Shown here: one piece after another, positions 38,735-52,528 of the stretch
How positions within the stretch are numbered: the first letter of the stretch is position 1
Layout of the letters: each line of letters starts with the position of its first letter
DNA from: Octopus sinensis
Taxonomy: Eukaryota
NCBI RefSeq assembly: GCF_006345805.1
Contig: NC_043001.1
Coordinates: 58,900,001-58,964,000 of the forward strand
Direction: 5' to 3'
DNA length: 64,000 nt
The notes under the pieces: model-generated
The model's input: the letters and a program-made list of their open reading frames with translations, nothing else
Told to the model about the DNA's origin: nothing
The model's database searches: none
Program-made: the position numbers and the translations under genes

Positions 38735-39270
38735 ATGCCTATTAACGGCATTTCGTTCACCTTTAAGTTCTGAGGTCAAATTACACAGAGGTCGACTTTT
38801 CCTTTCATTATTTTAGGTTCGGTAAAATAAGTACCAGTTAGGTACTGAAATCGGTGTAATAGATTTCCCCGCTGCCACCACTAACTCCACCATCGTTCTG
38901 AAAGTCCTTATCATTATTATTACTCCAAATTACAAAAAAAAAAATCTTTCTATTTTAGTCGATAAAATAAGTACCAGTTGAGTGTTGGAATCAGTGTAAC
39001 CGACTAACCCCTCCCTTTCAAATTACTGGTTTGTGCCAGGATTTGAAGTATTATCAAGGCGGTAAGCTGGTTGAATCGTTATCACGCCAGGAAAAATGCT
39101 TAGCGGCCTTTCGTCAGTCTTTATGTTTTAAATTCAAATCCCACCGAGATCGACTTTGCTTTTAATCTTTTCGTGGGGATGAAAGAAGTGCGACTTAAGC
39201 ACTGAGGTCGATGTAATCGACTTACCTCCTTCCGAAGAGTTACTGCTCTTGCACCAAAATTTGACACCAG
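38735..39270 (+). mobile_element. Three tandem fragments of one SINE-like family
   Basis: Recurrent GAGGTCGACTTT.CCTTTCAT..GTCGATAAAATAAGTACCAGTT..GTAATCGACT..CCC motif at about 38735, 38950 and 39055. Confidence 0.75.
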
Positions 39271-39361
39271 CATTATTGTTGTTGGTGTAAATATAAATTT
39301 CGGTACATTTAGAATGTTGATATTGATGATGATTTTAATCATATACATGACAATGATGATG

Positions 39362-39393
<32 letters not shown>

Positions 39394-40222
39394 GACCATA
39401 ATGATGCTCAACATTATAATTGTTAAAGACTTAAATTATGGTGATAATGACATAGACATAGTATACTGGCAATATTGATTGCTTTCGAATGAGCTTTCAA
39501 CATAAAATGTGAGGCTTAGATTTATTTTGATGAGGGTCTTCAGTCGATAATGTTGTTGGTGGCAATTTTGTGTGTGGCCATGTGAGTATGTTTGTTTGTT
39601 TGTGTGTGTGTATGTGTGTGTGTATGTGCGCGCACGAGTGTTTTGTTGTAAATCAATGAATGTTGCATTACCATAGAAGATAGCCGAAGGGCTTCAGGAG
39701 AAAGGTATGAAATATATGTGAAATTTTAAATTGTTTTCAGAAACAACATAATATCAATAGCACTTCTGGACACACACATTTTGAGATTTAAAGCATTCAA
39801 TGACCGCAGTTAAAAGAGTTCATAGTATGTTTTAAGTGGTTGTTGACATCAGCAGAGATAAATCTTTTCGTTCTATTTAGATTGCTTTGTAACATTTCAT
39901 CGTCTTTTTCATATTTATTTTTACTGTTATCTCTTTTGTTTTTCTCTCATCGCTTTTTTATTTCACATTTTGTTTCTCTGTTCCTTCGTTTCTAACGCTT
40001 TCACCTTCTCTCCCTATTTTATGCTTTCAGTTTCTTTTTTTTTATTTTTCTACTTTCTCTTCCATTTTCAATTTATCATTCTGTTTTGGGTTATTTTTTA
40101 GGTGGATGCGAAGAAGACACATTCCATAAAAAGCCAACGGCGTAAAAATAGAAAACAAAAGAGTTAAACTGTATGACATGAACCTATTTGGGAATATTTT
40201 AGCGAATTTTCCTATATATATA

Positions 40223-40288
<66 letters not shown>

Positions 40289-40299
40289 CATATATATAT

Positions 40300-40330
<31 letters not shown>

Positions 40331-41699
40331 CATATATATACATGTATATATATATATATATATATACATATATACACACAGAAATAAATAAATAAATATA
40401 TATATATATATATACCTCAGTGCATGATACCTCTTCGTTTAAGACGTTTGCATTACAACCATAGTGGTTCTTGTTCAATCCCATTGTTTCATTCCCATTT
40501 TACTAATCCATGTGTTTTTTTTACCGTGGCCTTGGGATGACTAATTGATTGTGAGTGATATTGCAAAACAGCGAATGATGAGAAACTTGGCAAAGAGTAT
40601 GTTTCTGCTAACCGACTCTACACTTTCACTCAACATCTTGGATCCTTTAGCAGTATTTCATTTATCACTAGTATCCCAGCCGTCCAGTCTGACGAAATAC
40701 ACACGTTTTCTCCCAGCGATTCTGGACGCCCTGAATCTGAGTATCTTTTTTACTGTAACATAGAGACAAACGCACAAATTCTCACGCTATATAATATTAC
40801 TACACACATATAATATCACTACATAAAGGTAAATTCAATAAATATTTCTTACATTATCTTTTGTTAATACGCCTGCAGAGAATTTATGTATTTTACGAGG
40901 AAATTTATAAAATGTCCTTGTAACTTAGTATGTTACAATTAGATGCAAGCTAATTTTTATAACTGTGATCGCCAATAATGGTACCAATCTTGTTTAGACT
41001 CCTTATGATACAATATCATTATTTCCGCAATGTTAAGATCTCGTTTCAAGCACTTTTGTATATCAGATAAAGTTTAGGTTCTTAGAGAAATGCTTTACAT
41101 ATCAACACATTGTTTATCCCTACTTTAATCTTGAAAGAATATTTTCCCGAAATATTCTACAAAACTAAGAAGTTTTAGGAATTTCTCTCAAATTCTACAC
41201 AATATGTAAATGTCTTTGTCTTTCACTTTCACTGATACTGTCTTTCTCTTACAGTCTCTTTCCATCTCTCTCCCTGTCTGTCTTTCTCTCTCTCTCTCTT
41301 TCTCTCTTTATTTGTGCTTCTATCTGAAATGTGTTTTACTATATTGTAGCTTTACAAATGCTCCGTCATTCCTGGGACGTTTATGAAGCTGAATTAACTT
41401 ATTGACTAGTTATGATATGGATGAGACAGGATGAGGAAGTGTAAACAATAATCCATTTCTTAGAGTGAAAAATCTTATATGTTAGTTTCTTTGTTGAAAG
41501 AAGTGTCTTTATTTTACTTGTCGAAATTTTTACTGCCCTGAGAGAAAGAAACTGAATTGCATTGTAACCATGATATTGTAAATTTCGCGATGCTTATGAC
41601 AAAAGTCCAATTGAAAATATGCTGTTCTATACGGATTGATTTTAAAATCACAATATATATTTCATACACACAGACACACAGACACACACATGTATATTC

Positions 41700-41738
<39 letters not shown>

Positions 41739-41755
41739 TATATACATATATACAT

Positions 41756-41805
<50 letters not shown>

Positions 41806-41949
41806 TATATACATATATACAGTGATAGTGAGAGAGAGAGAGAAAGAGAAGTGGTGTGAAGAAAATTCACCGATTTAGATTTATAATGGACGCACGGGAA
41901 ATCTATTTTGACATTTGTTTCCTAATTTGGAAAAAATCTGTAGCTAATT

Positions 41950-42900
41950 TGAAGAATTCAAATTCCACTCAATTTACATCCGACTTTGAAATTCACAACG
42001 GAGATGAGCAATAAAAATGTACTGTTTCTGGATATTGATGTAATTCAAAAATGGTACCTACGTCACAAAGAATACATTATAAAGTCATTGAAACAGTTAT
42101 GTAATTGAAATTTTTGTCATCCATCCAGTACGTACAAAACATAATATGTCATATTATCTAGACGAGAAACTTTCTACAATCCTTGATGATGTAGATTATG
42201 TAGATACCAGAGGCAAACGACTGACAGACATCAAATGTTTTCTTGTCCATAAAGAAAATTTCCAGCCCCGAATATAAAGAAATGTTATACAAGCTGCAAA
42301 ATAAATAGCTACAGAACAAGTTCGACTAATTCAAGGAGCAAGAACGCAAACTTAGAATATTATACCTGTTATAGGTAATACAATGCATGTTGTCAAAATA
42401 ATTCTCATGTCGCCAAATCAAATTTCGTTTCATCAAGCGATAATGCTAAAAAAATTTACTTACTGATCGTATTCTTGTTGAAAGAAAAAGATAGCAAAAA
42501 TCTGGAAGGAATTGTTAACAACGGTGAAATTGGACCTACACAACGATGACAACATATTATGGTATGCAAATACAATGATAATTGGTGGAATACATGACAG
42601 TGTCAGTATGAAAACACATAAACCGGACGAATGCAATATTAATTCACTGCATCAAATGCCCTAATTGCGAACAAATATATATCAGAAAGGCAGGAAAATC
42701 ATTACTGGAACATTATTGGAATGTACGCAAGTATAATGAGAACCAATTTGAGACCGTATGTTCCTCTAATCTCATCAAGCAATCATTTAGAAACATTCCG
42801 TAATGAAATGTTCATAATATTCCCTATTTACACACTTTACTATTCAAGTGGAGAGAAAAAGATTAAGGGATAGGAATTTTACAGAACAGCCAAAACCCCG
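41950..42900 (+). pseudogene. Neptune/Penelope-type PLE relic (RT thumb, Cys motif, GIY-YIG)
   Basis: NLHPTLKFTTEMSNKNVLFLDIDV (HP.IKFT.E...LPFLD), then IHCIKCPNCEQIYIRKAGKSLLEH (IY.I.C..C...YIG.T). Confidence 0.72.
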
Positions 42901-43699
42901 TTTAGAGTTGAAAATAATATAAAGAATAATAATAACAATGTTAGTTAAATTGAATTTTAGTCCAAACTATGTTAATATTGATGGTGTTATTAATTCGAAT
43001 TAACATTATATCATTTAAATACATTTAAGACGGGATTACATTTTTCAACATCAAAAAATTCTGAACATCTGACAGTAGCCGCATACCCTATCAATGATTC
43101 TCATTTGTTAAAACGTTTCTATAAGTGCACTGCATGTTAACTTTGTTACCGCTTTCATTAAGCTGTTACGTCTAATCTGCAGGCTAAATGATTAAGATTT
43201 TGTCCACAAAATGCAGCCTGCTGGACCTTATCAGGAAGTATTTCAAAGAAAAATTCAGGCATTTCTTTTAGGTTGTCAAATGCAACTAGCACCTGAAGAG
43301 GGATAAATATATGGAAGTGTGCGTAATATTGGAATATGTAATATTATAAAAATACAAAAATATAACATTGGAATATATCATAAAGTACAAAAAGATGTAA
43401 AAATCGGACTAAGTTGAAATTTCACTACATATATATAAAATTGGTTACACGATTTAGTGTCTTCTTCTAGTATATTAGGAATCCACTTTGGTAGTTATTT
43501 CTCTTATATATGTACGTGCATGTATGTACATATGTATGCTTTTGTGTTTATACATATGTGTGTGTGTGTGTGTGTGTGTGCGTGTGTGTGTGTGTGTGTA
43601 ATACATATAATACAATAAAATTGTAAGCTCAGGAAAAGTAAATACATTAAGTGTGCTCAATATATGTATCTTTTCTTACCATTGTTTCAATTATTAGAA

Positions 43700-44120
43700 T
43701 ATGGCCGTGTTGGGGAAGCGACTTGAAGTATTTTTAGCCAAATACGTCGAGTACATTGTTTTTTCAGCCTGGTTCTTATCTTATCAGCTTTATTTGCCGA
43801 ACATCTAAGTTGCGGGGACGTAAACACATCAATAGCGGAGGTTAAATCGGGAGTGGAGTTAAACACACACACTGAAATACGCAAGCACATACACACATAA
43901 ACACACACACTCACACAGAAACATACTCGCACGCACGCGTACATACATACACAAACATACACACACATATACGACCGGCTTCTTTAAGTTTTCGTTTACC
44001 AAATCTGCTCAGAAGGCTTTGATCTGCCCGAGGTTACAGTAGTAATCACTTTCCGAATGTGCCACGTAGTGGAACAGAACCCGGAACCATATGGTTGGGA
44101 AGCAAGCTTCTTACAACACA
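43700..44120 (-). mobile_element. tRNA-derived SINE (minus strand)
   Basis: Head reverse complement ...GAAGCTTGCTTCCCAACCATATGGTTCCGGGTTCTGTTCCAC, with an internal (CA)n tract. Confidence 0.8.
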
Positions 44121-44197
44121 TCAGGTGTAAACTTTGTAGTATGCCTTTTAAATGCCGTCCACAGTATTCGGCTACCTAATGTCAAGAACACAGTGCA

Positions 44198-44358
44198 GGC
44201 GTGTCTGCATAGCAAGGAGCTAGCTTCCCAACAAAACGGTTCCGAACTCAGTCCTACTACGTGGCACCTCGGGCAAAAGTCTTCTACTATAGTCTCAGGC
44301 GGACCAAAGCCGTGTGAGTGGATTAGGTACACGGAAACTGAAAGAATCCAGTCGTAGA
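44198..44358 (+). mobile_element. tRNA-derived SINE 5' part, same family, head-to-head with the previous copy
   Basis: GCTTCCCAAC...GGTTCCGAACTCAGTCC..GTGGCACC..CTTCTACTATAG..GGAAACTGAAAGAA..GTCGTA. Confidence 0.8.
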
Positions 44359-44967
44359 TGTGTGTGTGTGTCACTGTGTCTGCGTATTCTTGTATCTGTG
44401 TTTGTAAATGTATGTATATTTGTACGTATGTAAGTTTTATAACGTAGTTTCTGTATGTCATCCCAGTGTCATGCACTAACACAGTGTGATATATAGAAAA
44501 ACATAACGGGGTAGAAACCAAATTTCTCCACTTGATTTATTTCCAAATAATCTGCTACGCACTGTATTCAATCCAAAACAACTCTCAACAAACTATAACA
44601 ACTTCTCGACAATCCCCTGCTACTCCACGAACTCACGAATGACACCTTTCGACTTCCTACGATTTCTTATCCCTTTGACTCAGTCAAATACATTGCTACA
44701 GATACGAGTTCGGCTACCTGATGTCATGACACTCGGCATAATAGTAAGTTTGTTCGTACAAATGTGAGTTTGGAAGAAGGATAAAGCAACCCCCAGTTTC
44801 ATTTTGGACACGTACATATGAAATTAGCTAGCCATATTTGAGATCTTGATTGTCCAGGAAATACAGAGGAAGTTAAATAACCCAGAAGCAATTGGTTTAC
44901 ATGTATCGCTAAGACCAGAAAGGGAGTAATATAAACTCCCTTGCTTATAGTATAGAAACACAGACCA

Positions 44968-45043
44968 TGTGTCGGTAGCCAGCTGGAAAAGATAGTTCCC
45001 TGGTGCTAAAATGTGGCAACATCGTCCTGTGTAGGATTGCCAC
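44968..45043 (+). repeat. Dispersed direct repeat of about 76 bp (second copy at 49879-49955)
   Basis: TGTGTCG.TAGCCAGCTGGAAAA...AACATCGTCCT.T.TAGGATTGCCAC is present at both loci. Confidence 0.8.
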
Positions 45044-46218
45044 ATTGTGTTGGCAATTAGACTTTACTGTTCAGTACTGTCTACTGCATATTTCTCGCTC
45101 AGAGATTTAAAACTAATTCTTTTCTCTTTATAAATATATATATGCAGTATGCATATATATATATATCTGCATGTATATACATACATATAAGCATGTATAT
45201 ACGTATATGCATATATATATATATATATATATCCAGGCATATATATGTGTGTGAATATCTAAATGTTCGAGTAAGCAAGCCGATAAGAAATAAATCAACT
45301 TTCAATCTACTAACGATGCAGTTTTCTTGAATGCATAATCAAATGCAAGTGACGATGAACCTCTATTAAGGTTTTTTTCTCCAAAATTTACCAGACATGT
45401 GGCTGATGACATTGTTGGTCCTACTAATATCCGTGCGTTGGTATTTCGAAATTTTATATTACATAGCAGTCAACAATTATTGTTTAATCATAAATATAAA
45501 CTCTACAGAATGTACTCAGTGCTTATTTTTGAAATGTTCAAAATATATTTAAATAGAAAATTTTAAATACAACATGAAGGAAGAGCCGAAAATAAATTAA
45601 TATATGATTAAAATATTTAAAAGATACAAATAAAAATGCTAAACAATATCGAACAATGGAGACTATATAGGAAAACGTGAAAAGCAACAACAAAGTTTTA
45701 AAAAATGAATTAAACAAAAATTTAAAACGGTTGCATTCAAGTTTAAAATATACAAAAGTAAAAGAATTTTCAAAGAAATCTTTTCATTTATTGAAAAGAC
45801 ACTAATAACGATCAGAAATGACGTGGTCGTTTTGGAATGCTTCCATTGTTCAGCTACTGAAATACACGTTGTAATGTAAATTTCGTTGGTGAGATAGTGG
45901 TGTGTGAGCAAAACTGCAAGGAACAAAGAAGCAAGTGAATTAAAAATAAATCAAAAAGAAAAGAACTTTCCTGAAAATAGAAGCAGCCTGTTTCTAAATT
46001 GATTGACTAAATGTTGTGAAAATGCAAGACGATGTCCTTTTTTTCAAATAATAAAACTATCAATTCCCAAACTAATTATGTGTGTGTATAGCGTGAATAT
46101 ATATCTGTGAGTGTACAAATATAAATAGATATATAGATATACATACGTGTACATTATGCATACATACACGTATATTTACATATACCTTTGGAGATATATA
46201 TATATATTATATATATAT

Positions 46219-46315
<97 letters not shown>

Positions 46316-47489
46316 GTATATACACATATTTTGGGATATATATATATATATATTCATAAATGTATATATTTAGGTAGGTATATCAGTACTATTTATTTGT
46401 ATGTGTGTGTCTGAGTGTTTCTGTGTGTGTGTATGTGTGTATGTACATGTTTGTATGTAGTTAAAGAATGAATGTTTGATATATTCGTTTAAATTTTATC
46501 GAGACAATAAAATGCTAACATATACAACGAAAAATAATCTTTGTATTTATCACAACAAAATAGTTCATCATTTCTTAACCACTTCTTTATTCGCTTACAG
46601 AAACTTCTGGAGTATTTTTTATCATACTTTCTGTATATTTGATCGAGCTGTGAAGAATTGTGAAGTTCCTACGTTGGTTAGAAATAGTAGCCAAATTTTC
46701 TTTCGGCCGCTCGTACTCTATCAAATAAATATGGATACTCCAGAGAGTGTATTGCTTGCGGTACAAACTGAGACGATACTCCGGAAGAAACATCATTTTT
46801 TCATATTTCAAAAACGTATTAGAAACACCTATTGAAATGTATCAGAGACTTTCATCTCAAATACAATCTATAAGTTCGTTTTAAGAATACATAGAAACGA
46901 TGAGCATGCTTAATTCTATATCTTTAAATAAAATCGCCGCAAATGACATGTGGAATTAAGGCACCTTCTGAAGGAAACAAACGTAAGGAGAACTAAATAC
47001 GGATCGTATTTAACTAATAAAAGGAATTTTGACAGATTATTAGAATATGAACTCAAGTCGAGGCTGAGGCACATAACACACGCACTTACATACATACACA
47101 GACACACAGATACACAGCACACAAAAATACACACATGCACACACACATATACATATACATGCAGATTTTAGGATGTGCTATATGATGGAATTTGTTTCGA
47201 AGATATACATCATAAATATTGTGTGATGCACGTTGAGTGGAATCAGACTGTTTTGCTAACAGAATCGAATGAGGGCTCCTCTGTTCATCCTCTTTATATA
47301 TATATATATGTGTGTGTGTGTGTATGCTGCATACATTTTTGAGGTGTTAGCAACAATGTAAGTTTTTCTTGTTCCGTTGAAATCCGTAATGCAAGCCCGG
47401 TACACTAATTATTTTTCCAAGTACCTATTGCTCAAGGGATAGCTGTCCGGATATCTACAATTTTAGGGTCATTTGTGTTGCATGTCTAC

Positions 47490-47810
47490 AGTTGATCTCT
47501 TTTTCACATCGAGGCCCTATCTTTAACTGGCCGTCACCATCAACATTATGTCGGTTTATCCAAAATAATCATACTGAGCTTTCATCACACACTCACACTT
47601 CTAACCCATTTGACGCTCTGCATTTTCTACATGAATTAAAATTCCAAAAACTTCATCAAAATATGTTATACGAAAGTTGCTTTTCCAGTAGCATCAGGGC
47701 ATATTCTGCTCACATAATAATATATGACTACATGCAAAGTGAATCCGAATTGATGAAAGAAGTGCTCGACCTCGTCATCACAGAGGATCTCCACAACCGA
47801 TGCTGTTGTG
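47490..47810 (+). pseudogene. Possible decayed PLE RT N-half
   Basis: GPIF...LCRFIQ...FDALHFLHELK...LHQNML has the spacing of the PLE RPII...LS.F+D...KDT.HFL..L...LP.N.LL region. Confidence 0.4.
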
Positions 47811-47819
47811 TTTACGTCA

Positions 47820-47970
47820 CCGTAACTTAGCGATTCGGCATAAAAGACCGATAGAATAAGTCCTAGGCTTACAAAGAATAAGTCCTGTGGTCGATTTCCT
47901 CGATTAAAAGCCAGTGCTCCAGCATGGCCACAGTCAAATGACTGAAACAAGTAAAAGAGTAAAAGAGTAT
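47820..47970 (+). mobile_element. SINE 3' part
   Basis: ...CCAGCATGGCCACAGTCAAATGACTGAAACAAGTAAAAGAGTAAAAGAG tail. The reverse complement of the same tail occurs at about 54405-54470. Confidence 0.7.
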
Positions 47971-48453
47971 ATTTTTCTGATGAATACATGGCCCATATAT
48001 GAATATAATAAGCGTTACAAATGCCTAAATTTGCAGAAACATCCATTAACAAATTTTAGCTCAACTAGTACTTACATATAACCGAATATATCTCCTATCA
48101 CTTTACACTTATCGAATAAATCACAATAATTCTAATACTTTCGTTTATGAATAGGTGATGACATGTGGAAAGCTGACTACCTGATCACCCTAGGACGAAA
48201 CATACAACTAGACAATACTTTAGTTAGCTCGGGGCCATTTGAGAATCTTGTACTTAAAAAAATAGCACACACAGTCACAAATATATAGCAGTCAAGAGTG
48301 ATGAAAGTATATACGTCTCTGTTTCTACTACGCCAATACTGCTTTACCGACAGCCAATACTAAGGCCTCTATCTTTTCTTTGTGTTCCTTTCGGGTGAAA
48401 AACTAGGAAAACTTCGTTGTTTACTAACTCAAACGTGTTATATATACACGCAA

Positions 48454-48497
<44 letters not shown>

Positions 48498-48498
48498 A

Positions 48499-48545
<47 letters not shown>

Positions 48546-49031
48546 TTAGAGCAAGTGTTAAATATACTAAGACATATTTCATATCGTGTAAACATTATCT
48601 GTCATAGAATGGAAAAGTGTGGATGGTTTGGATACATATGTAGGCAGATAGGATACAATAAAGGTCCACATATATGTACATATATGCATATGCATATTTT
48701 ATCTTGTGCTTTACTGGGGTAACACCTTCGAAAATACTTTGTCGATTGGATCCAGTACATATTTTTTAAGCCTTTATCAGTCACATATACCGAACAGCTC
48801 AGAAACGGGCAATTGAACACACACACTCACACACACAAACACACTACACGCACTCACAGACATTCGTATATATGCAAGACGTACGTCTTTCAATTTCTGT
48901 CTATCAACTCAACTAACAAGACGTTGGTCGGCCAGAGGTTACAGTAGAAAGACACATAGCTACGCTTGCGTGTAGTTGGAGGCAAGTTTCTTATCAGTGC
49001 CATGCTAGCACCTATAATACATATATATATA

Positions 49032-49118
<87 letters not shown>

Positions 49119-49127
49119 TGTGTGTGT

Positions 49128-49345
49128 ATAATCGGTGGACGCACGCAGATACGGAGTGGTACCCGCGTGAGCGGAAAAGACCACCAGGAAGACTTCCACG
49201 ACGGTGGAGTGACGATTTCAAGAGGACGATTGGGATCACGTGGATGAGAAAGGCGCGATCCAGAGAGGAGTGGACAGCGTGCTGTGACCAGCGGTGTCAA
49301 ATGGACGCCTGACGGACTGGTCGGTCAGAGTGATCAGAGTGATAT
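49128..49345 (+). mobile_element. RTE-clade LINE 3' end inserted after (TG)n
   Basis: NRWT...EWYPRERKRPPGRLPRRWSDDF...WMRKARSREEW, with a tandem CAGAGTGAT tail. Confidence 0.85.
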
Positions 49346-50083
49346 ATATATGTATATATATATATATATATCGTAGTCGTTAGCTGACAGATTTTGACCC
49401 AGGAGAACTAGGCACCATTTGGCACTAAATTCGAATCCTAGGTTCGAAATTCGAAATTAACCCAAATTACTTTTGCTGAACATAGCAGAGTTAAGACGAT
49501 TTTATTGTTCACTGGAATTTTTCCTACCATGCCTGTCTTTATTTTATGACTATTCCGTGTCATGAAGTATTTGTGATTTCTATTCTTAGCGATACAGGTA
49601 CTCCTATAGAACCCTTGTATATATATATGCAAATACTATATATTTCTAAGTGACGCACAGTCGCTGACCTCCTCTACAGAAAACATGTTTGAGTGGAAAA
49701 TATGCAGTCGCTTAAAAGATATATAGCATTTGCAGCTGGGGAAAGTTTTTGACACTAGCCTATGATTATCTCACACTGCGGATATGTAATCACCTAGAAA
49801 CCCAGGTGTGTGAGTATCAGTTAAGGCTAGAGACGGGAGCGATGACCCCACTTGCGAATGCTATATGGACACAAATTGTGTGTCGATAGCCAGCTGGAAA
49901 ATGTGTTTTCCTGATGCTATAACAACAATAACATCGTCCTTTATAGGATTGCCACGTTCTGTTTACGTATAAACATTACAATATATATATATATATATTA
50001 CTATATATATATATATATTACTATATATATATATATATATATATTACTATATATATATACATATTACTATATATATATAGTAA

Positions 50084-50323
50084 TGTTTACAACGGTGAAA
50101 TTGGACCTACACAACAATGTCAACATATTATGGTATGCAAATGCAATGATAATTGGTGGAATACATGACAGTGTCAGTATGAAAACACATAAACCGGACG
50201 AATGCAATATTAATTCACTGCATCAAATGCCCTAATTGCGAACAAATATATATCAGAAAGGCAGGAAAATCATTACTGGAACATTATTGGAATGTACGCA
50301 AGCATAATGAGAACAAATTTGAG
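50084..50323 (+). repeat. 240-bp copy of 42513-42752 (PLE GIY-YIG fragment) embedded in (TA)n
   Basis: Direct repeat; I count 6 mismatches in 240 bp. Confidence 0.95.
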
Positions 50324-50332
50324 TAATATATA

Positions 50333-50368
<36 letters not shown>

Positions 50369-50403
50369 TGTATGTATGTATGTATGTATGTATGTATATA
50401 TAT

Positions 50404-50436
<33 letters not shown>

Positions 50437-51199
50437 TGGATAGATAGATACAATAAAGCAGAAAATAAAAGTCAAACATTCTGGCATGTTATGACAACGA
50501 GATTTCAGTTAGCTATATAATAAAAGTTGCAGGTATATACGGACGGTTGTTTCTAGAATCTCTCATCTATTGGAAGATAGGATGAATGTTCTATTATTGG
50601 AGAGAGATATGTTAAACTTCAGTAACAGTGGAAGAAAATTCCTCATCTATTGTAGTTATTGTGGTTCATTATGTCTAGAAACGTAGAAATACTATTAAAT
50701 CCAATTAAAATGAGTATTCATTGGGTAAATCCATGACCACAGACAATGGCTTCATAGTAATCCATATCGAGAGAAAATAACTACCATGGATGAATAATAT
50801 TCTTCCACTATTAGATATGTTTAAATTATTTCTCTCCGATGGCGGAATAGTCAGTCTATGGAATCATCGCTGGGATATTCTAGAAACACTAAAATTAAAT
50901 CCTCAACAAGTCTTGCCAAACTGTTTGCGCATTCTTTGCTACTTTAATCTATACCTACCGACTCAAGTGGAACACACTTCTAGCCGCTTTAGAATGACAG
51001 ACACAAAATCACATCTTCGACTGCAGTTCAAACTGGAATTTTTTAGCATACCAATTTGAGCACTCTGAGCGCATACCTATTGGCTTGAATCACCTTGACG
51101 AAAACACCTCGTATTTTACGCGCGCGCAAGCAAGCAAACGCATGTATATATAATATACTGTTCCGTGATAATAAATTCGACAAAAATGTACTCCATTTG

Positions 51200-51680
51200 G
51201 TAAGAGATAAATATTGTTTATTTAAAGGTCACAATACATGTATTAAAGCGCTACTAATACTTTCATATGTTGAGAAAACTCAAACATATTCATCAGGCGC
51301 ACACCACGTATAACGAATTAAAAAACAACTGAATAATAGAAGAAACGCGAAAAAACTAAGAAGACCCAGCAGATAGCCTCATTCCGACTTAAAGACAAAG
51401 AGTAAAGCTACTAAGTTGGCTGGCTATTTATCGACTTTGACAGATAACTAAATATCACATGTGATTAAATGGAAAATAATTCATACTTTATATGAACGAA
51501 TCGAATAAATGTAGGCTTTGTTTGGCTGAAAGAGCACAGGTCCTGCTGAGATCTGTGATCCCTAACTCTCTATTGGACTCTAGGTCAGACACTTACAATG
51601 GTTCCATGCATATGTATCAATATATTTTGAAGAACTGGAAAATTCCACCTTTTCCCGACGGTCATGATATTTTCCAGGCT
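51200..51680 (+). pseudogene. Naiad-type PLE GIY-YIG relic
   Basis: SFRLKDK, ATKLAGYL..L.DN.ISHVIKWKII, NKCRLCLAER, LLDSRSD..MH..YILKNWK, spread across frameshifts. Confidence 0.68.
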
Positions 51681-52120
51681 TAACATTTAAGGTCTGAGCA
51701 GGATCTTTTACTATTTAATTTTTTTTACTTTTTACGTTTTAGTTTTGTGATTTCCTTTTCGAATTTTATTTTTCGATGTTTAGTTTCCAAGTTTTCTATA
51801 TGCTGCCATCTTAGTTTTATCGCGTTTCTTCTATTAATCAATTTTTCTACTTACTTATGACGTCTGGTTTCAAACTAAAGATTATGTTTGAACTTTCTCA
51901 ACATATGAAACTATTAGTAGAGCATTAATACTTTTATAACGCCCTTAAATAAATAAATAAATGATACACACAGACACACACATACACAGTTAGATAGCTG
52001 AAGACATATATATTTATCTACATACGTATATTCAGGTACACAAATATTTATTTATCTATGTACCTCTCTATCTCTCTCTACATATATGTGTGCGTGTGTG
52101 TGTGTATGTGTGTGTGTGTG

Positions 52121-52214
52121 TGTTTATCTTCAAACGAGGACAATATTGATGAAGCAGGTCTCTATGTGTGTGCGCAAGAGAGAGAAAGAATATATATATA
52201 ATATATATAAGATA

Positions 52215-52259
<45 letters not shown>

Positions 52260-52406
52260 TATATAATATATATATATATACATACATATATACATATATA
52301 TATATGTATGTATGTATGTTGTATGTATGTATGTATATTCTTTCTCTCCCACGCGCGCACACACATAAACCTACTTCATCATATTGCCCTCGGTTGAAGA
52401 TAAACA
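52121..52406. repeat. Inverted repeat of about 74 bp enclosing a (TA)n/(TATG)n tract; third copy at 53164-53230
   Basis: 52121-52194 vs the reverse complement of 52334-52406 (TGTTTATCTTCAA.CGAGG.CAATA..GATGAAG.AGGT...GAGAGAAAGAATATA). Confidence 0.9.
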
Positions 52407-52467
52407 ACAACAATATAATATTCAGTATGCGTGCACACACACATACACACACACTCATATATATATG

Positions 52468-52528
<61 letters not shown>

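Noticed and set aside
43288-43322. GCAC-CTGAAGA-GG...GAA-GT-GTGC downstream of the 41950 PLE relic
   Set aside because: The position is plausible, but stem II and stem III cannot be formed. At most a fossil.
48175-48205. CTGATCA-CCCTAGGAC-GAAAC hammerhead-like string
   Set aside because: The core is altered, stem II is incomplete, and there is no stem III or cleavage triplet.
50590-50860. RYV-like and NNILPLLDM strings resembling a PLE RT
   Set aside because: Spacing is off and there are no supporting downstream motifs.
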